The position numbers and the translations under genes were made by a program. Of a stretch of DNA of 43,668 nt, positions 1 through 9,264 are shown piece by piece. The stretch comes from Gemmatimonadaceae bacterium (GTDB taxonomy: Bacteria; Gemmatimonadota; Gemmatimonadetes; Gemmatimonadales; Gemmatimonadaceae), in NCBI GenBank assembly GCA_040902005.1, contig JBBDYA010000020.1, forward strand, positions 1-43,668, written 5' to 3'. Position 1 is the first letter of the stretch; every line of letters starts with the position of its first letter. The notes beneath the pieces are model-generated. The model was given only the letters and a program-made list of their open reading frames with translations, was not told the origin of the DNA and ran no database searches.

Positions 1-38
1 GCACACCTACCCATTCCGGTGTGCAGTTGCAGGCCCAC

Positions 39-128
39 CGCGCCGAAGGCGCGCCGAGAACGTACCCGCGCCGACAGGCGCGGGGCCGAGAACGTTCGAG
101 CGAGAACCGTCGAGCGAGAACCTCCGAG
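39..128. repeat. REP-like cluster: two GC hairpins plus four CGAGAAC repeats
   Basis: CGCGCC-gaa-GGCGCG (39-53); CCCGCGCC-gaca-GGCGCGGG (65-84); CGAGAAC at 55, 87, 101 and 115, the last three at 14-nt spacing. Confidence 0.6.
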
Positions 129-140
129 GTAGTATTCATC

Positions 141-2771
141 ATGCTACTCCTCCTCTCCGCACTCGTCGCCCTGCAGGCCGACTCCCTCATGGCGCCCGGT
201 GTGTCCCACGAGCTGGCGCGCTACCGGGCGGCCCGGATCAGCGACGTGCGCTACGACCTGGCGCTGGACGTAAGCCGTCGCGACACGGCCACCGGCACGG
301 TGCGCGTGGCGTTCAACCGCACCGGCGACGGTGACGTCATCCTGGACTTCCGCGGCCACGCGCTCACCGAGATCATCGTGAACGGCAATCGGCCGCCCCG
401 GGCGGAGTTCAACGGCGCGCACCTGCGGATTCCCGCGGCACAGCTGCGCCACGGCGCGAACGCGGCCGTCATGCGGTTTGCGTCCCCGATCGCTCCCGCC
501 GGCGCCAGCATCATCCGGTTCACCGACCCGACGGACCGGCGCGACTACCTCTATACCCTGCTCGTTCCCAGCGACGCGAACCTGCTCTTTCCCTGCTTCG
601 ACCAGCCGGACCTGAAGGCCGCGTTCACGCTGCAACTCACCGTGCCGCGCGGGTGGCGCGCGCTCTCCAACGGCGACGTCACGCACGTCACGGACAATAC
701 GGACTTCACAGACTTTTACTTCGCACCAACGAAGCCGATCTCCACGTACCTGTTCGCGTTCGCCGCCGGCCCATACTCGGTGTTGCGATCCTCCGCCCCA
801 TCCGCGCAATCCGCGAGATCCGCGAGATCCGCGGAATCCGCGTTCGTATCCGCGTTTGTTCCGATGACGCTCTGGGTGCGGCAGTCACGCGCGCGCGAGG
901 TCGAGACGGACACGCTGCTCGCGCTGCACCAGCGGTCCACCGCGTGGCTGGCCGAGTACTTCGGCATCCCCTACCCGTTCGGAAAGATGGACTTCCTGCT
1001 CGCCCCGGCCTTTCCGTTCGGCGGCATGGAGCATCCGGGGGCGATCTTCTATAACGAAGAGGCCTTCATCTACCGCGAGCCGCCCACGCTGGTGCAGCGA
1101 CTGGGACGCCAGGCCACGATCCACCACGAGGTGGCGCACCAGTGGTTCGGCGACTACACCACCATGCGCTGGTTCGACGATCTCTGGATGAAGGAGGGAT
1201 TCGCCACGTACATGTCGGCCAAGATGCAGTCGGCGCTGGGCGACTCCACGGCGTGGATGTCCTTCTACCTCCGCAACAAGCCCACCGCCTACGGCGTGGA
1301 CGTCACCACGGGCACGACGCCCGTCTGGCAGGCGCTGGGGAATCTCGACCAGGCCAAGAGCAACTACGGCGCGATCGTCTACAACAAGGCGCCGGGGGTG
1401 ATCAAGCAGCTCAACCACCTGGTGGGGGACGCCGCGTTCCGGAGCGGCGTGCGCGACTTTCTCGAGACGCACGCCTTCGGGAACGGCACCTGGCAGGATC
1501 TTATCGCCAGCGTGGGCAAGGCCGCCGGCCGCGACCTCGCGGCTTGGGGACAGACGTTCTTCGCGCGCCCCGGCATGCCGGTCGTGGAGCAGCAGCTGAC
1601 GCTGGGTGCCGACGGGCGCATCGCCCATCTCGCGCTGGTGCAGCGCCCGGCGCAGTCCCTGTCCGGCGCGGGGGTGTGGCCGATGAAACTGGACGTGCGC
1701 GTGCAGCAGTCAGACGGCCGCTCGGTCACTTTCCCCGTGGAGATCAGCGCCGAGACGACCGTGGTGGCAACGGCGCGCGGACGGGAGGCGCCGGCATTCG
1801 TGTACGCGAACGCCAACGACTACGGTTACGGTGTGTTCATGCTGGACGACCGCAGCCGAGACTGGCTGCTGGCGAACCACGTGCGGGTGGCCGACCCCTT
1901 CCTTCGCGCCATGCTCTGGGGCTCGCTCTGGGACCTGGTGCGTGAGGCGCGGCTGGATCCCCGGCGCTACGTGAGCGCGGCGCTGGCAGCGCTCCCGTCC
2001 GAGCGCGACGAGCAGATCGCGTCGCGTCTGCTGGGACGCGTCGGCCTCGCCATCGACGTCTATATGTCGTCCGCGGAGAACGTGGAAGACGCACAGACGT
2101 TGCGGCGCGCCGAGGACCTCTTCTTGAGGACGGCGGGAGACACCACAAACAGCTATGGACTGAGAAAGAACTATTTCGATTCCTACGTTGGCATCGCGCG
2201 GTCGTCCGCGGCGCTCCGTCTCCTGGATGCGTGGATGGACAGCACCAGTGCCGCCGGTGAGCCGCTGCGGCAGCCCACGCGATGGAACATCGTCACCACG
2301 CTCATCGCGCGTGACTGGCCGGGGGCGCAACCGCGCCTGGCCGCGGAAGTCGCGCGCGACACGTCCACGGGGGGCGCGCGCCGCAAGTTCATCGCGGGGG
2401 CCGCGTGGCCCAGGGCCGACGTCAAGCGCGCCTACTTCGAGCGCAACTTCCAGGATTCCACGCTCAACGAGGACTGGGTGACGTCCAGCCTGGGGGCGTT
2501 CAACGACCCGGACCAAGCGGCGCTCACGCTCCAGTACCTGCGTCCGGCGCTCGATACCCTGCCCTGGGTGCAGCAGAACCGGCGCATCTTCTTTCTCGGC
2601 CGCTGGCTGGACGCATACATCCGCGGGCATCGCTCGGCAGAGGCGCTCGCCGTGGTGGACCGGTTCCTGGACGAGCATCCCGAACTGCCACGCGACCTGC
2701 GTCAGAAGGTGTTGCAGACCCGCGACGATCTGGAGCGCACTGTGCGGATCCGCGCCGCCTTCGCCCGGTAG
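141..2771 (+). CDS. pepN: M1 family zinc aminopeptidase (aminopeptidase N-like) with C-terminal ERAP1-like helical domain, probably exported
   Basis: GGMEH (GAMEN variant), HEVAH-x18-E zinc motif, FPCFDQPDLKA, YNKAP. Start moved to ATG 141 because of GAGGT RBS at 126-130 and a hydrophobic N-terminus. Confidence 0.92.
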   Translation: MLLLLSALVALQADSLMAPGVSHELARYRAARISDVRYDLALDVSRRDTATGTVRVAFNRTGDGDVILDFRGHALTEIIVNGNRPPRAEFNGAHLRIPAAQLRHGANAAVMRFASPIAPAGASIIRFTDPTDRRDYLYTLLVPSDANLLFPCFDQPDLKAAFTLQLTVPRGWRALSNGDVTHVTDNTDFTDFYFAPTKPISTYLFAFAAGPYSVLRSSAPSAQSARSARSAESAFVSAFVPMTLWVRQSRAREVETDTLLALHQRSTAWLAEYFGIPYPFGKMDFLLAPAFPFGGMEHPGAIFYNEEAFIYREPPTLVQRLGRQATIHHEVAHQWFGDYTTMRWFDDLWMKEGFATYMSAKMQSALGDSTAWMSFYLRNKPTAYGVDVTTGTTPVWQALGNLDQAKSNYGAIVYNKAPGVIKQLNHLVGDAAFRSGVRDFLETHAFGNGTWQDLIASVGKAAGRDLAAWGQTFFARPGMPVVEQQLTLGADGRIAHLALVQRPAQSLSGAGVWPMKLDVRVQQSDGRSVTFPVEISAETTVVATARGREAPAFVYANANDYGYGVFMLDDRSRDWLLANHVRVADPFLRAMLWGSLWDLVREARLDPRRYVSAALAALPSERDEQIASRLLGRVGLAIDVYMSSAENVEDAQTLRRAEDLFLRTAGDTTNSYGLRKNYFDSYVGIARSSAALRLLDAWMDSTSAAGEPLRQPTRWNIVTTLIARDWPGAQPRLAAEVARDTSTGGARRKFIAGAAWPRADVKRAYFERNFQDSTLNEDWVTSSLGAFNDPDQAALTLQYLRPALDTLPWVQQNRRIFFLGRWLDAYIRGHRSAEALAVVDRFLDEHPELPRDLRQKVLQTRDDLERTVRIRAAFAR
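792..863. repeat. Tandem ATCCGCG repeats with 9-nt period inside pepN
   Basis: ATCCGCG at 800, 809, 818, 827, 836 and 848; encodes SAQSARSARSAESAFVSAF in frame. Confidence 0.85.
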
Positions 2772-2794
2772 CACCTGGCGCGCTACATTGGCGC

Positions 2795-3343
2795 ATGCGA
2801 CCACCGCGTGTTCCCATCGCGTTCCTGGTATTCTGCGCATCCGTCGCCACCGCCTGCGGCAAGCCGCAAACGGACTATCGCGGTGCCGGGCTGAGCGAAG
2901 CCCCGCTCCCGCTGGACGACGTGGTGTCCATCTACCAAACGGCGCTCGCCGCGTCGTTCACGCTGCGGGATCCGAACCTCTCGATCCTGCTGGATCCCAC
3001 GTTGCTGCCACGCTCGGCCGGGCTGGCCGGCGGCGACTCGGTGCCCGCGGAGCTCGTGGCCGCGCTGCGCGGGCGGGGGCTGGTGAAGGGCATGTGCCGC
3101 GTGCAGGAGCAGAAGTCGCGCATCCCACTGGTGTGCCGCGCGGAACGCGCCGGCTACGTCGCGCGCTTTTCGGAGCCGCTGGCGCTGGGCATCGACACCG
3201 TGCAGGTGTACCTCGTCGTGCAGCAGTACTCGCTTCCCGGCGGACCCACGGCGGAGCGATTCCGCTTCGAGCGGGCGTACCACGTGGTGAAGACCGGCTC
3301 GTCGTGGCGCGCCGTCCGCGAGGGGCGGCTCCCCGAACCGTAG
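2795..3343 (+). CDS. Hypothetical lipoprotein
   Basis: MRPPRVPIAFLVFCASVATAC signal peptide with lipobox-like Cys; TACATT 5 nt upstream of ATG; fills the gap after pepN. Confidence 0.7.
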   Translation: MRPPRVPIAFLVFCASVATACGKPQTDYRGAGLSEAPLPLDDVVSIYQTALAASFTLRDPNLSILLDPTLLPRSAGLAGGDSVPAELVAALRGRGLVKGMCRVQEQKSRIPLVCRAERAGYVARFSEPLALGIDTVQVYLVVQQYSLPGGPTAERFRFERAYHVVKTGSSWRAVREGRLPEP

Positions 3344-3442
3344 GCGTCTTCACATTTCCGGTGAGCGGTCGTCTGATCTGCCGGATCAGGCCGTGAGCCG
3401 AATCCGGCAGCACCCTCCACCATCAGCCGCGAGAACCCTCCC

Positions 3443-4177
3443 ATGCTGAACGACGACGAGCCGGTTGGACGAGTCCTCACCCGACGCGAGGCACTGGCGG
3501 TCCTCGGCGCCTCGGGAATCATGGTCCTGACCGGACGACCGACCGTCGCCCAGAGCCGCATCCGCGGCGGGTCGCCGGGGATGTGCGTCGTTCGTGCCGA
3601 GCAGACCGAAGGCCCCTACTTCGTGGACGAAAAGCTCCACCGCTCGGACATTCGCAGCGACCCGTCGAATGCAGGGGCGGTGTCAGCAGGCGCATTGCTG
3701 GCGCTGGCGTTCGCCGTGGGCCGCGTGGTGGACGGACGGTGCACACCGCTCGCCGGCGCCTACGTGGACGTGTGGCAGTGCGACCACCTGGGCGTGTACT
3801 CCGGCGTGCGCGATCCGCGCTTCGACACCGCGGGGCGACAGTTCCTGCGCGGGTATCAGATGACGGACGCGAACGGCGCCGCGCGTTTCACCACGGTCTA
3901 CCCGGGCTGGTACCAGGGGCGCGCCGTACACATCCACTTCAAGATTCGCTCGGCGCCCACGGCGCGTCCGGGCTTCGAGTTCACGTCACAGCTCTACTTC
4001 GACGAGGCGCTCACCGACCAGGTACACGCGCGCGAACCATACGCCGCCAAGGGACAGCGCAACGTGCGCAACGAGCGCGACGGCATCTTCCGTCGCCAGG
4101 GCGGCCAGGGATTGATCCTGAACGTGACGCCGCAGGGCGAGGGGTACGCCGGCACGTTCGACGTCGCGGTGGCCTGA
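3443..4177 (+). CDS. Intradiol ring-cleavage dioxygenase family protein with Tat-like signal
   Basis: TEGPYF, VDVWQCD..GVYS, LRGYQMTD, YPGWYQGRAVHIH (2 Tyr / 2 His iron ligands); TRREALAVLG twin-arginine motif. Confidence 0.88.
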   Translation: MLNDDEPVGRVLTRREALAVLGASGIMVLTGRPTVAQSRIRGGSPGMCVVRAEQTEGPYFVDEKLHRSDIRSDPSNAGAVSAGALLALAFAVGRVVDGRCTPLAGAYVDVWQCDHLGVYSGVRDPRFDTAGRQFLRGYQMTDANGAARFTTVYPGWYQGRAVHIHFKIRSAPTARPGFEFTSQLYFDEALTDQVHAREPYAAKGQRNVRNERDGIFRRQGGQGLILNVTPQGEGYAGTFDVAVA

Positions 4178-4365
4178 ACACGGCCGGGGGGGGGGGGCCG
4201 CGCGCAGGTGATGTCAACTCCGTGTCGCGATGAGGGGCCCGACGCGGCTACTAGCTGCCGCCCGGCTCTGATGCATATTCGGCTAGGAGAAACCCAGGCT
4301 CGTGCTCGTGCGCCGAGGCCTGTGCGCCACACCCTCGAGCCGTCTGACCCTGCACCGGTATTTCC

Positions 4366-5730
4366 ATGCGCCAAGCCCTCGCCGCTTCCATCGTGATACT
4401 CGTCGTCGGCTGCGCCGACGCGATCACTCCTCCATCGAGCTTCACGGCGTTGCCCAATCGTGGAGCCACCGCCAATTCGGTATCCGCCTGGACGCCGATC
4501 GCGACCACCCAGCACGCACCGCGGTTTCTGCCGGGAGTCGTCACCGCCGCGGATGGTCGAATCTTTGTCTTCGGTGGCCAGATCTCCACACTCGCCAACG
4601 GCGCCCATCCAAGCGTCGAGGTCTACGACGTCTCGACCGACACGTGGTCGTTCGTTGCGCCGATGCCGATTGGCCGCGCCAATCACGCCGCCGCACTGGG
4701 GTCGGACGGCCGCATCTACAACATTGCTGGGTTCACCGGGTCGCCCTTTGTCACCACCACGAATACCGTGGACGCATACGATCCTGCAACGAATGCCTGG
4801 ACCTCAGCGACGGCGCTTCCGTTGACTCCGCGACGGCAGCTCTCGGGCACTACAGGGCTCGACGGCCGCATCTATATCGCTGGCGGAACCAACGCTGGGG
4901 TCCGCTTCGCAGACGCCGCTGTGTTCGATCCGGCTTTCAACACCTGGACCGCGATTGCATCGATGCCCGTAGCGCGCTCGGAATTTGCCATGGCAACCGG
5001 GCCATCGGGCCGCATCTACGCCATCGGCGGCGCCGTCAGCTCAGGCGTCGCGACGGACGCCGTACACGCGTACAACCCGGCGAGCAACACCTGGTCAGCG
5101 GTGGCGAGCCTGCCGGGACCACGCGGGTTCCACGCCGCGACAACGGGAGCCGACGGCCGCATCTACGTCATGGGCGGCACTGCGAATGCCTTACAGGGTC
5201 CTGTGTTCCTGACGGACGCCTACGCATACGACGAATCGACCGATACGTGGTCTCCCGTGCCAGCTCCGAACGTGCTCAAGGTCGCGGCGGGCGCTGTCCT
5301 CGGAAGCGATGATCGCATCTACTTCGTCGGCGGAACGGCCAGTGGGACGATTCCGGCCAACGAAGCGTTTGGGCCCGTGTGTGTTCAATCACCGGACGTC
5401 TCGATGACGGTGGCGCCGACGGAACTCTGGCCACCGAATCACAGAATGGTCACCGTCGCGCAGGGAATCTCGGCAGCTGACGACTGCGGCTCACTCGCGC
5501 TCGCTGTCGCGGTCACCAGCAATGAACCCGTGGATGGCACCGGCGACGGCAACACGTCCCCGGACTGGCTGGTGACTGACAACGGCGACGGAACGTTCAA
5601 CGTCGCCGTGCGAGCCGAACGCAATGGAAATGGCAACGGCCGCGTCTACACGATTACGGCGACCGCGACCGACGAGGACGGCAACGTCACCACGGCGACC
5701 GGTACCGTCACGGTCCCAAAAAAGAAGTGA
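4366..5730 (+). CDS. Kelch-repeat beta-propeller lipoprotein with C-terminal LWPPNH-type Ig-like domain
   Basis: Six DGRIY/FxxGG...YD/NP..NTW repeats; LVVGC lipobox; C-terminal PTELWPPNH...RAER.G.GNGRVYTITATATD. Confidence 0.85.
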   Translation: MRQALAASIVILVVGCADAITPPSSFTALPNRGATANSVSAWTPIATTQHAPRFLPGVVTAADGRIFVFGGQISTLANGAHPSVEVYDVSTDTWSFVAPMPIGRANHAAALGSDGRIYNIAGFTGSPFVTTTNTVDAYDPATNAWTSATALPLTPRRQLSGTTGLDGRIYIAGGTNAGVRFADAAVFDPAFNTWTAIASMPVARSEFAMATGPSGRIYAIGGAVSSGVATDAVHAYNPASNTWSAVASLPGPRGFHAATTGADGRIYVMGGTANALQGPVFLTDAYAYDESTDTWSPVPAPNVLKVAAGAVLGSDDRIYFVGGTASGTIPANEAFGPVCVQSPDVSMTVAPTELWPPNHRMVTVAQGISAADDCGSLALAVAVTSNEPVDGTGDGNTSPDWLVTDNGDGTFNVAVRAERNGNGNGRVYTITATATDEDGNVTTATGTVTVPKKK

Positions 5731-5752
5731 CCCGGTCGCTCCGCCGGGTCAC
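5727..5752. terminator. Hairpin between convergent genes (possible terminator)
   Basis: GTGACCCGG-N8-CCGGGTCAC perfect 9-bp stem. An A-rich run upstream (5718-5726) would give a U-rich tail on the minus strand. Confidence 0.5.
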
Positions 5753-5799
5753 GGACCGCTCGTGATCGTCCCCTGCCAGAAGGAAACGATTCTGCCCTG

Positions 5800-8700
5800 C
5801 TAGTTCTCGCTGTTCCAGTAGAATCGTGGCGCTGGGATCGCCCGCGGATACACCTCCGCGAGCGTGTTCGCGTCGTACACACGCCCGTTCTTCACCACCA
5901 GGCTCAGCGTGTTGGAGTGCCGGATGTTCTCGAGCGGATTGCGATCGAGAATGACGAGGTCCGCGAGCTTGCCGGCCTCGATCGAGCCAAGGTCCATTCC
6001 GAGTCCGATCGCCTCGGCGCCCCAGATGGTGGCCGCGCGCAGCGCGTCGTGCGTCTTCAAGCCGCCGCTCTGCATGGACCACAACTCCCAGTGGTAGCCC
6101 AGCCCCTGGAGCTGCCCGTGGCTGCCAACGCCGATCTTGACGCCCCCCGCGACCATGTCGCGCAACTGCTCGCCGATCTTCGGGAACACGTGCTGTGACG
6201 GATGAAACCACCCCGCGCCGGCGCCGGTGGTCACCTGTCCGGTGGACCCGCCGCGCCGCAGGGCCTTCCCCTCGATCTCGTTCCACGGCGTGAAGCGACG
6301 CAGCTTCTGGTCGCCGATCACGTCCTCCGTGGCGTAGTAGAAGTTCTCCGCCCACGGCCCGCCGTACGCCACGAGAATCGTCGGCGTGTACACCACCTTC
6401 GACTCGGCCAGCAGGCGCACGAAGTCTGAGAAGTTGGGGAACGCGGGAATCGTGTGTTCGTGTCCCGAGTAGCCGTCGGTCATCTCGGTGAGCGCCATCT
6501 TGATATCGAGCGATCCTTCCGTGGTGGGCATGAGCTTGAGTTCATTCGCCGCCTGGATCACCCACTGCCGCTGCTCGCGGTTCCCGGCCACATACTGCTT
6601 GATGGTCTTGGTGTCGTAGTAGTCGCTGTAGCGTCGCAGCAGCCGGCGCGCGTGGTCCAGGTCACGGATGTTCTCCGAGCTGAACACGCCGGGGCCGGTG
6701 GAGTAGATGCGCGGGCCCGGGATGCGCCCTGCCCGCACCTGGTCCTCGTACGTGAGCACGTCCGTGGTGCCGGTCTGCGGGTCGCGCGCCGTGGTGACGC
6801 CGTACGCCAGGTTGGCTGCGTAGCTCCACACCTGATCGCGGTGGACGCCGAACGCCGCGCGCAGGTGCGCGTGGGCGTCCACGAAGCCGGGAACGATCGT
6901 CTTGCCCGCCACGTCGATGATCCGCGCGTCGGCGGGCACCTGCACCTGCCCGCGGGCGCCCACGGCCAGGATGCGGTTGTCGCGAATGACGACGTCACCG
7001 TTCTCGATCACCTCGTCGCCACGCATGGTGACGACCCGCGCCCCGCGGAGCACCGCGGTGCCGCGCGGCACGTCCTTCTGCGCGACGATGCGCACGCGGT
7101 ACTCGAAGGGCTGGAACATCGGCGTGCGAGCGCCGCCCCCCCCCGCCCCCGCAGCACCCGCCGCACCGGGTGCGCGAGCGCTGTCGTCGGCAGGCGCGCC
7201 CGCGCCAGCCGCCGCCGTCCGGGCCCGCCGAGCGGCAGCCACGCTGTCGTCGAACGCCTTCGCGCGCGCCACGTCGTAGGTCACGTGAGCGTTTCCTATG
7301 CTCCAGTACACACGCTGCGCGTCCGCGCTCCAGGCCGGGAACTGCGCGCCGATCTCGGTGAGCCGACGCACCGGGAAGGCGCTCGCGTCCGCCGCGCCGC
7401 CCACGGTGATGCGCGGCTCCGCGCCGCCGATCACCGGCACGGTGACGAGATACAGGTCGCTTGCCACCTGCGCCAGCGCCTGGTCTCCGCGCGGCGCCAT
7501 GAGCACCAGCGACGCGGACGGTCCGTCACCCGGCCCCGTCGCGCCCGGCGGCCGCTGGCCGTTCACACGCAGGTGCGTCTTGAGGTCGGTGCCGTCCCAG
7601 CGCATCGAGACCAGCCCGCGCCCGCCGCTGTACATATAGATGCGGGTGGAGTCGGCCGTGAAATGCGGTGCCTGGAGCCCACCTGATGGTGAGACGAGCG
7701 TGGGATCGCCGCCGGCCACCGGCACCCAGACGATATCCTCCACGCCGCCCGGCACGCCGCCGCCCAGGGCTTCCGCGTACGCACGCGCCGGTCCGCGCAG
7801 CGCCACGATGCGCCGTCCGTCCGGCGACCACACCGGCTGCTGGTAGAACGCCGCGCGTCGCGTGAGGCGCTCCGGGCGTCCCCGACCGTCCGCGCGCACC
7901 CGGTACAGGTGCCCGCCGTCCGCGTTGGTCCAGGTCGTGTAGGCAATCCACTGCCCGTCCGGACTCCACGCCGGCTGAAACTCGCCCATCTCCATGGTGG
8001 TGAGCCGGCGCGGCGTGGGCACGGCCGTTCCCGCCTGCGTCACGCGCGACCCGTTGGCGTCCGCCAGCACGGGCGTCGTGGGCACCGGCGGCAGGTCCAT
8101 GATGTGCAGCCGGTCCATCGCCGTGAACGCCATGCGACGTCCGTCAGGGCTGGGCACGCCGTCGCGCGTCTGCTTGACAATGAAGACGGTGGAATCGCTG
8201 ATCGGATACTGGAAGTGCACCGCCGGCCCCATGGCATGCACCACGTCGGCCTCGAACGGAATCTCCTGCGGTGCGCCGCCGGCGATCGGTGCCATCCACA
8301 GCTTGCCGTTCCAGGTGGCGACCAGAAAGCGGGAGTCCGGCGTGAAGCTCATCCCCGGGTAGACGTCCAGCGTGGCGCGCGATTCCTGGTCGTCGCGCTG
8401 CACGTTCTCCACGAGCCAGCGCTCGTCACCCGTTTCGAGATCGCGGATGCGTAGCGACGTCTTGTCCACGTCCCGCGTGCCGTAGACCATCCAGCGGCCA
8501 TCGCGCGACAGGGTGGGGCGGAACGCGGAGCCGTAGCGGAAGCTGCGAATACTCGACTGCCCGGTCTCGCGATCGTACACGTAGAGCTGGTAGTCACTCA
8601 TTGCGGTGTTGTAGATCCACGAGCCGCGGCGCTGTGCGTACCAGAGGTAGCGCGTGTCCTTGCCGAACGCGGGGCCCTGCTGGCGAAGCACGTCGGCCGT

Positions 8701-9264
8701 CCCCTGCCCCGGCGCCGGAATCAGCCGCTGTCCACTGCCGCCGTCCGCGTGGAACATGTGCAGCTTGGTGTTGCGCGCGACCACGATGTAGTTGCCGTCC
8801 GGCGTCCAGGTGGGCGATTCGTAGTTGCTGGTCTTGCCGCGCGAGACCTGGGTCGTGTCCTTCTTGTCGAGCGAGATGGTCCAGACGTTGTAGCCGCCGT
8901 CGCGATCGGAGACGAAGACGATTTTCTGGCCGTCCGGCGAGAAGCGCGGTTGCGCGTCCACGGCCATGCCGCGGGTGAGCGGCGTGGCGCGTCCCCCCGT
9001 GATGGGCATGGTGTAGATGTCGCCCAGCAGGTCGAAGGCGATGGTGCGTCCGTCGGGGCTCACGTCCAGCGACATCCAGCTGCCCACGCGTGTGGTGAAC
9101 GTGGTGGTCCGCGTGGGGGCGAGCTGCAGCCCTTCCTGCATCGGGTCCTTCGGTGCCGCGCGTGGTCCGCCGCGCGCGAGCGCGGAGTCGGCGGGTTGCT
9201 GCGCCGCCGCGGCAACCGGACCGAGAAGGGACAGGAGGAGGAGTGCGCGCGCGGTACGGATCAT
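5800..9264 (-). CDS. Exported amidohydrolase fused to N-terminal PD40/TolB-like beta-propeller repeats
   Basis: Signal peptide; repeated P.(W/F)SPDG motifs; PGFVDAHAH metal motif; GSIEAGKLADLVILDRNPL amidohydrolase C-terminus. Confidence 0.9.
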   Translation of the reverse strand: MIRTARALLLLSLLGPVAAAAQQPADSALARGGPRAAPKDPMQEGLQLAPTRTTTFTTRVGSWMSLDVSPDGRTIAFDLLGDIYTMPITGGRATPLTRGMAVDAQPRFSPDGQKIVFVSDRDGGYNVWTISLDKKDTTQVSRGKTSNYESPTWTPDGNYIVVARNTKLHMFHADGGSGQRLIPAPGQGTADVLRQQGPAFGKDTRYLWYAQRRGSWIYNTAMSDYQLYVYDRETGQSSIRSFRYGSAFRPTLSRDGRWMVYGTRDVDKTSLRIRDLETGDERWLVENVQRDDQESRATLDVYPGMSFTPDSRFLVATWNGKLWMAPIAGGAPQEIPFEADVVHAMGPAVHFQYPISDSTVFIVKQTRDGVPSPDGRRMAFTAMDRLHIMDLPPVPTTPVLADANGSRVTQAGTAVPTPRRLTTMEMGEFQPAWSPDGQWIAYTTWTNADGGHLYRVRADGRGRPERLTRRAAFYQQPVWSPDGRRIVALRGPARAYAEALGGGVPGGVEDIVWVPVAGGDPTLVSPSGGLQAPHFTADSTRIYMYSGGRGLVSMRWDGTDLKTHLRVNGQRPPGATGPGDGPSASLVLMAPRGDQALAQVASDLYLVTVPVIGGAEPRITVGGAADASAFPVRRLTEIGAQFPAWSADAQRVYWSIGNAHVTYDVARAKAFDDSVAAARRARTAAAGAGAPADDSARAPGAAGAAGAGGGGARTPMFQPFEYRVRIVAQKDVPRGTAVLRGARVVTMRGDEVIENGDVVIRDNRILAVGARGQVQVPADARIIDVAGKTIVPGFVDAHAHLRAAFGVHRDQVWSYAANLAYGVTTARDPQTGTTDVLTYEDQVRAGRIPGPRIYSTGPGVFSSENIRDLDHARRLLRRYSDYYDTKTIKQYVAGNREQRQWVIQAANELKLMPTTEGSLDIKMALTEMTDGYSGHEHTIPAFPNFSDFVRLLAESKVVYTPTILVAYGGPWAENFYYATEDVIGDQKLRRFTPWNEIEGKALRRGGSTGQVTTGAGAGWFHPSQHVFPKIGEQLRDMVAGGVKIGVGSHGQLQGLGYHWELWSMQSGGLKTHDALRAATIWGAEAIGLGMDLGSIEAGKLADLVILDRNPLENIRHSNTLSLVVKNGRVYDANTLAEVYPRAIPAPRFYWNSEN

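Noticed and set aside
21..140. 40-aa N-terminal extension of the M1 peptidase from GTG 21
   Set aside because: It translates the repeat cluster; an RBS and signal-like sequence support ATG 141.
55..863. Repeats considered as a CRISPR array
   Set aside because: Units are 7-9 nt with no unique 25-45 nt spacers, and no cas genes are present.
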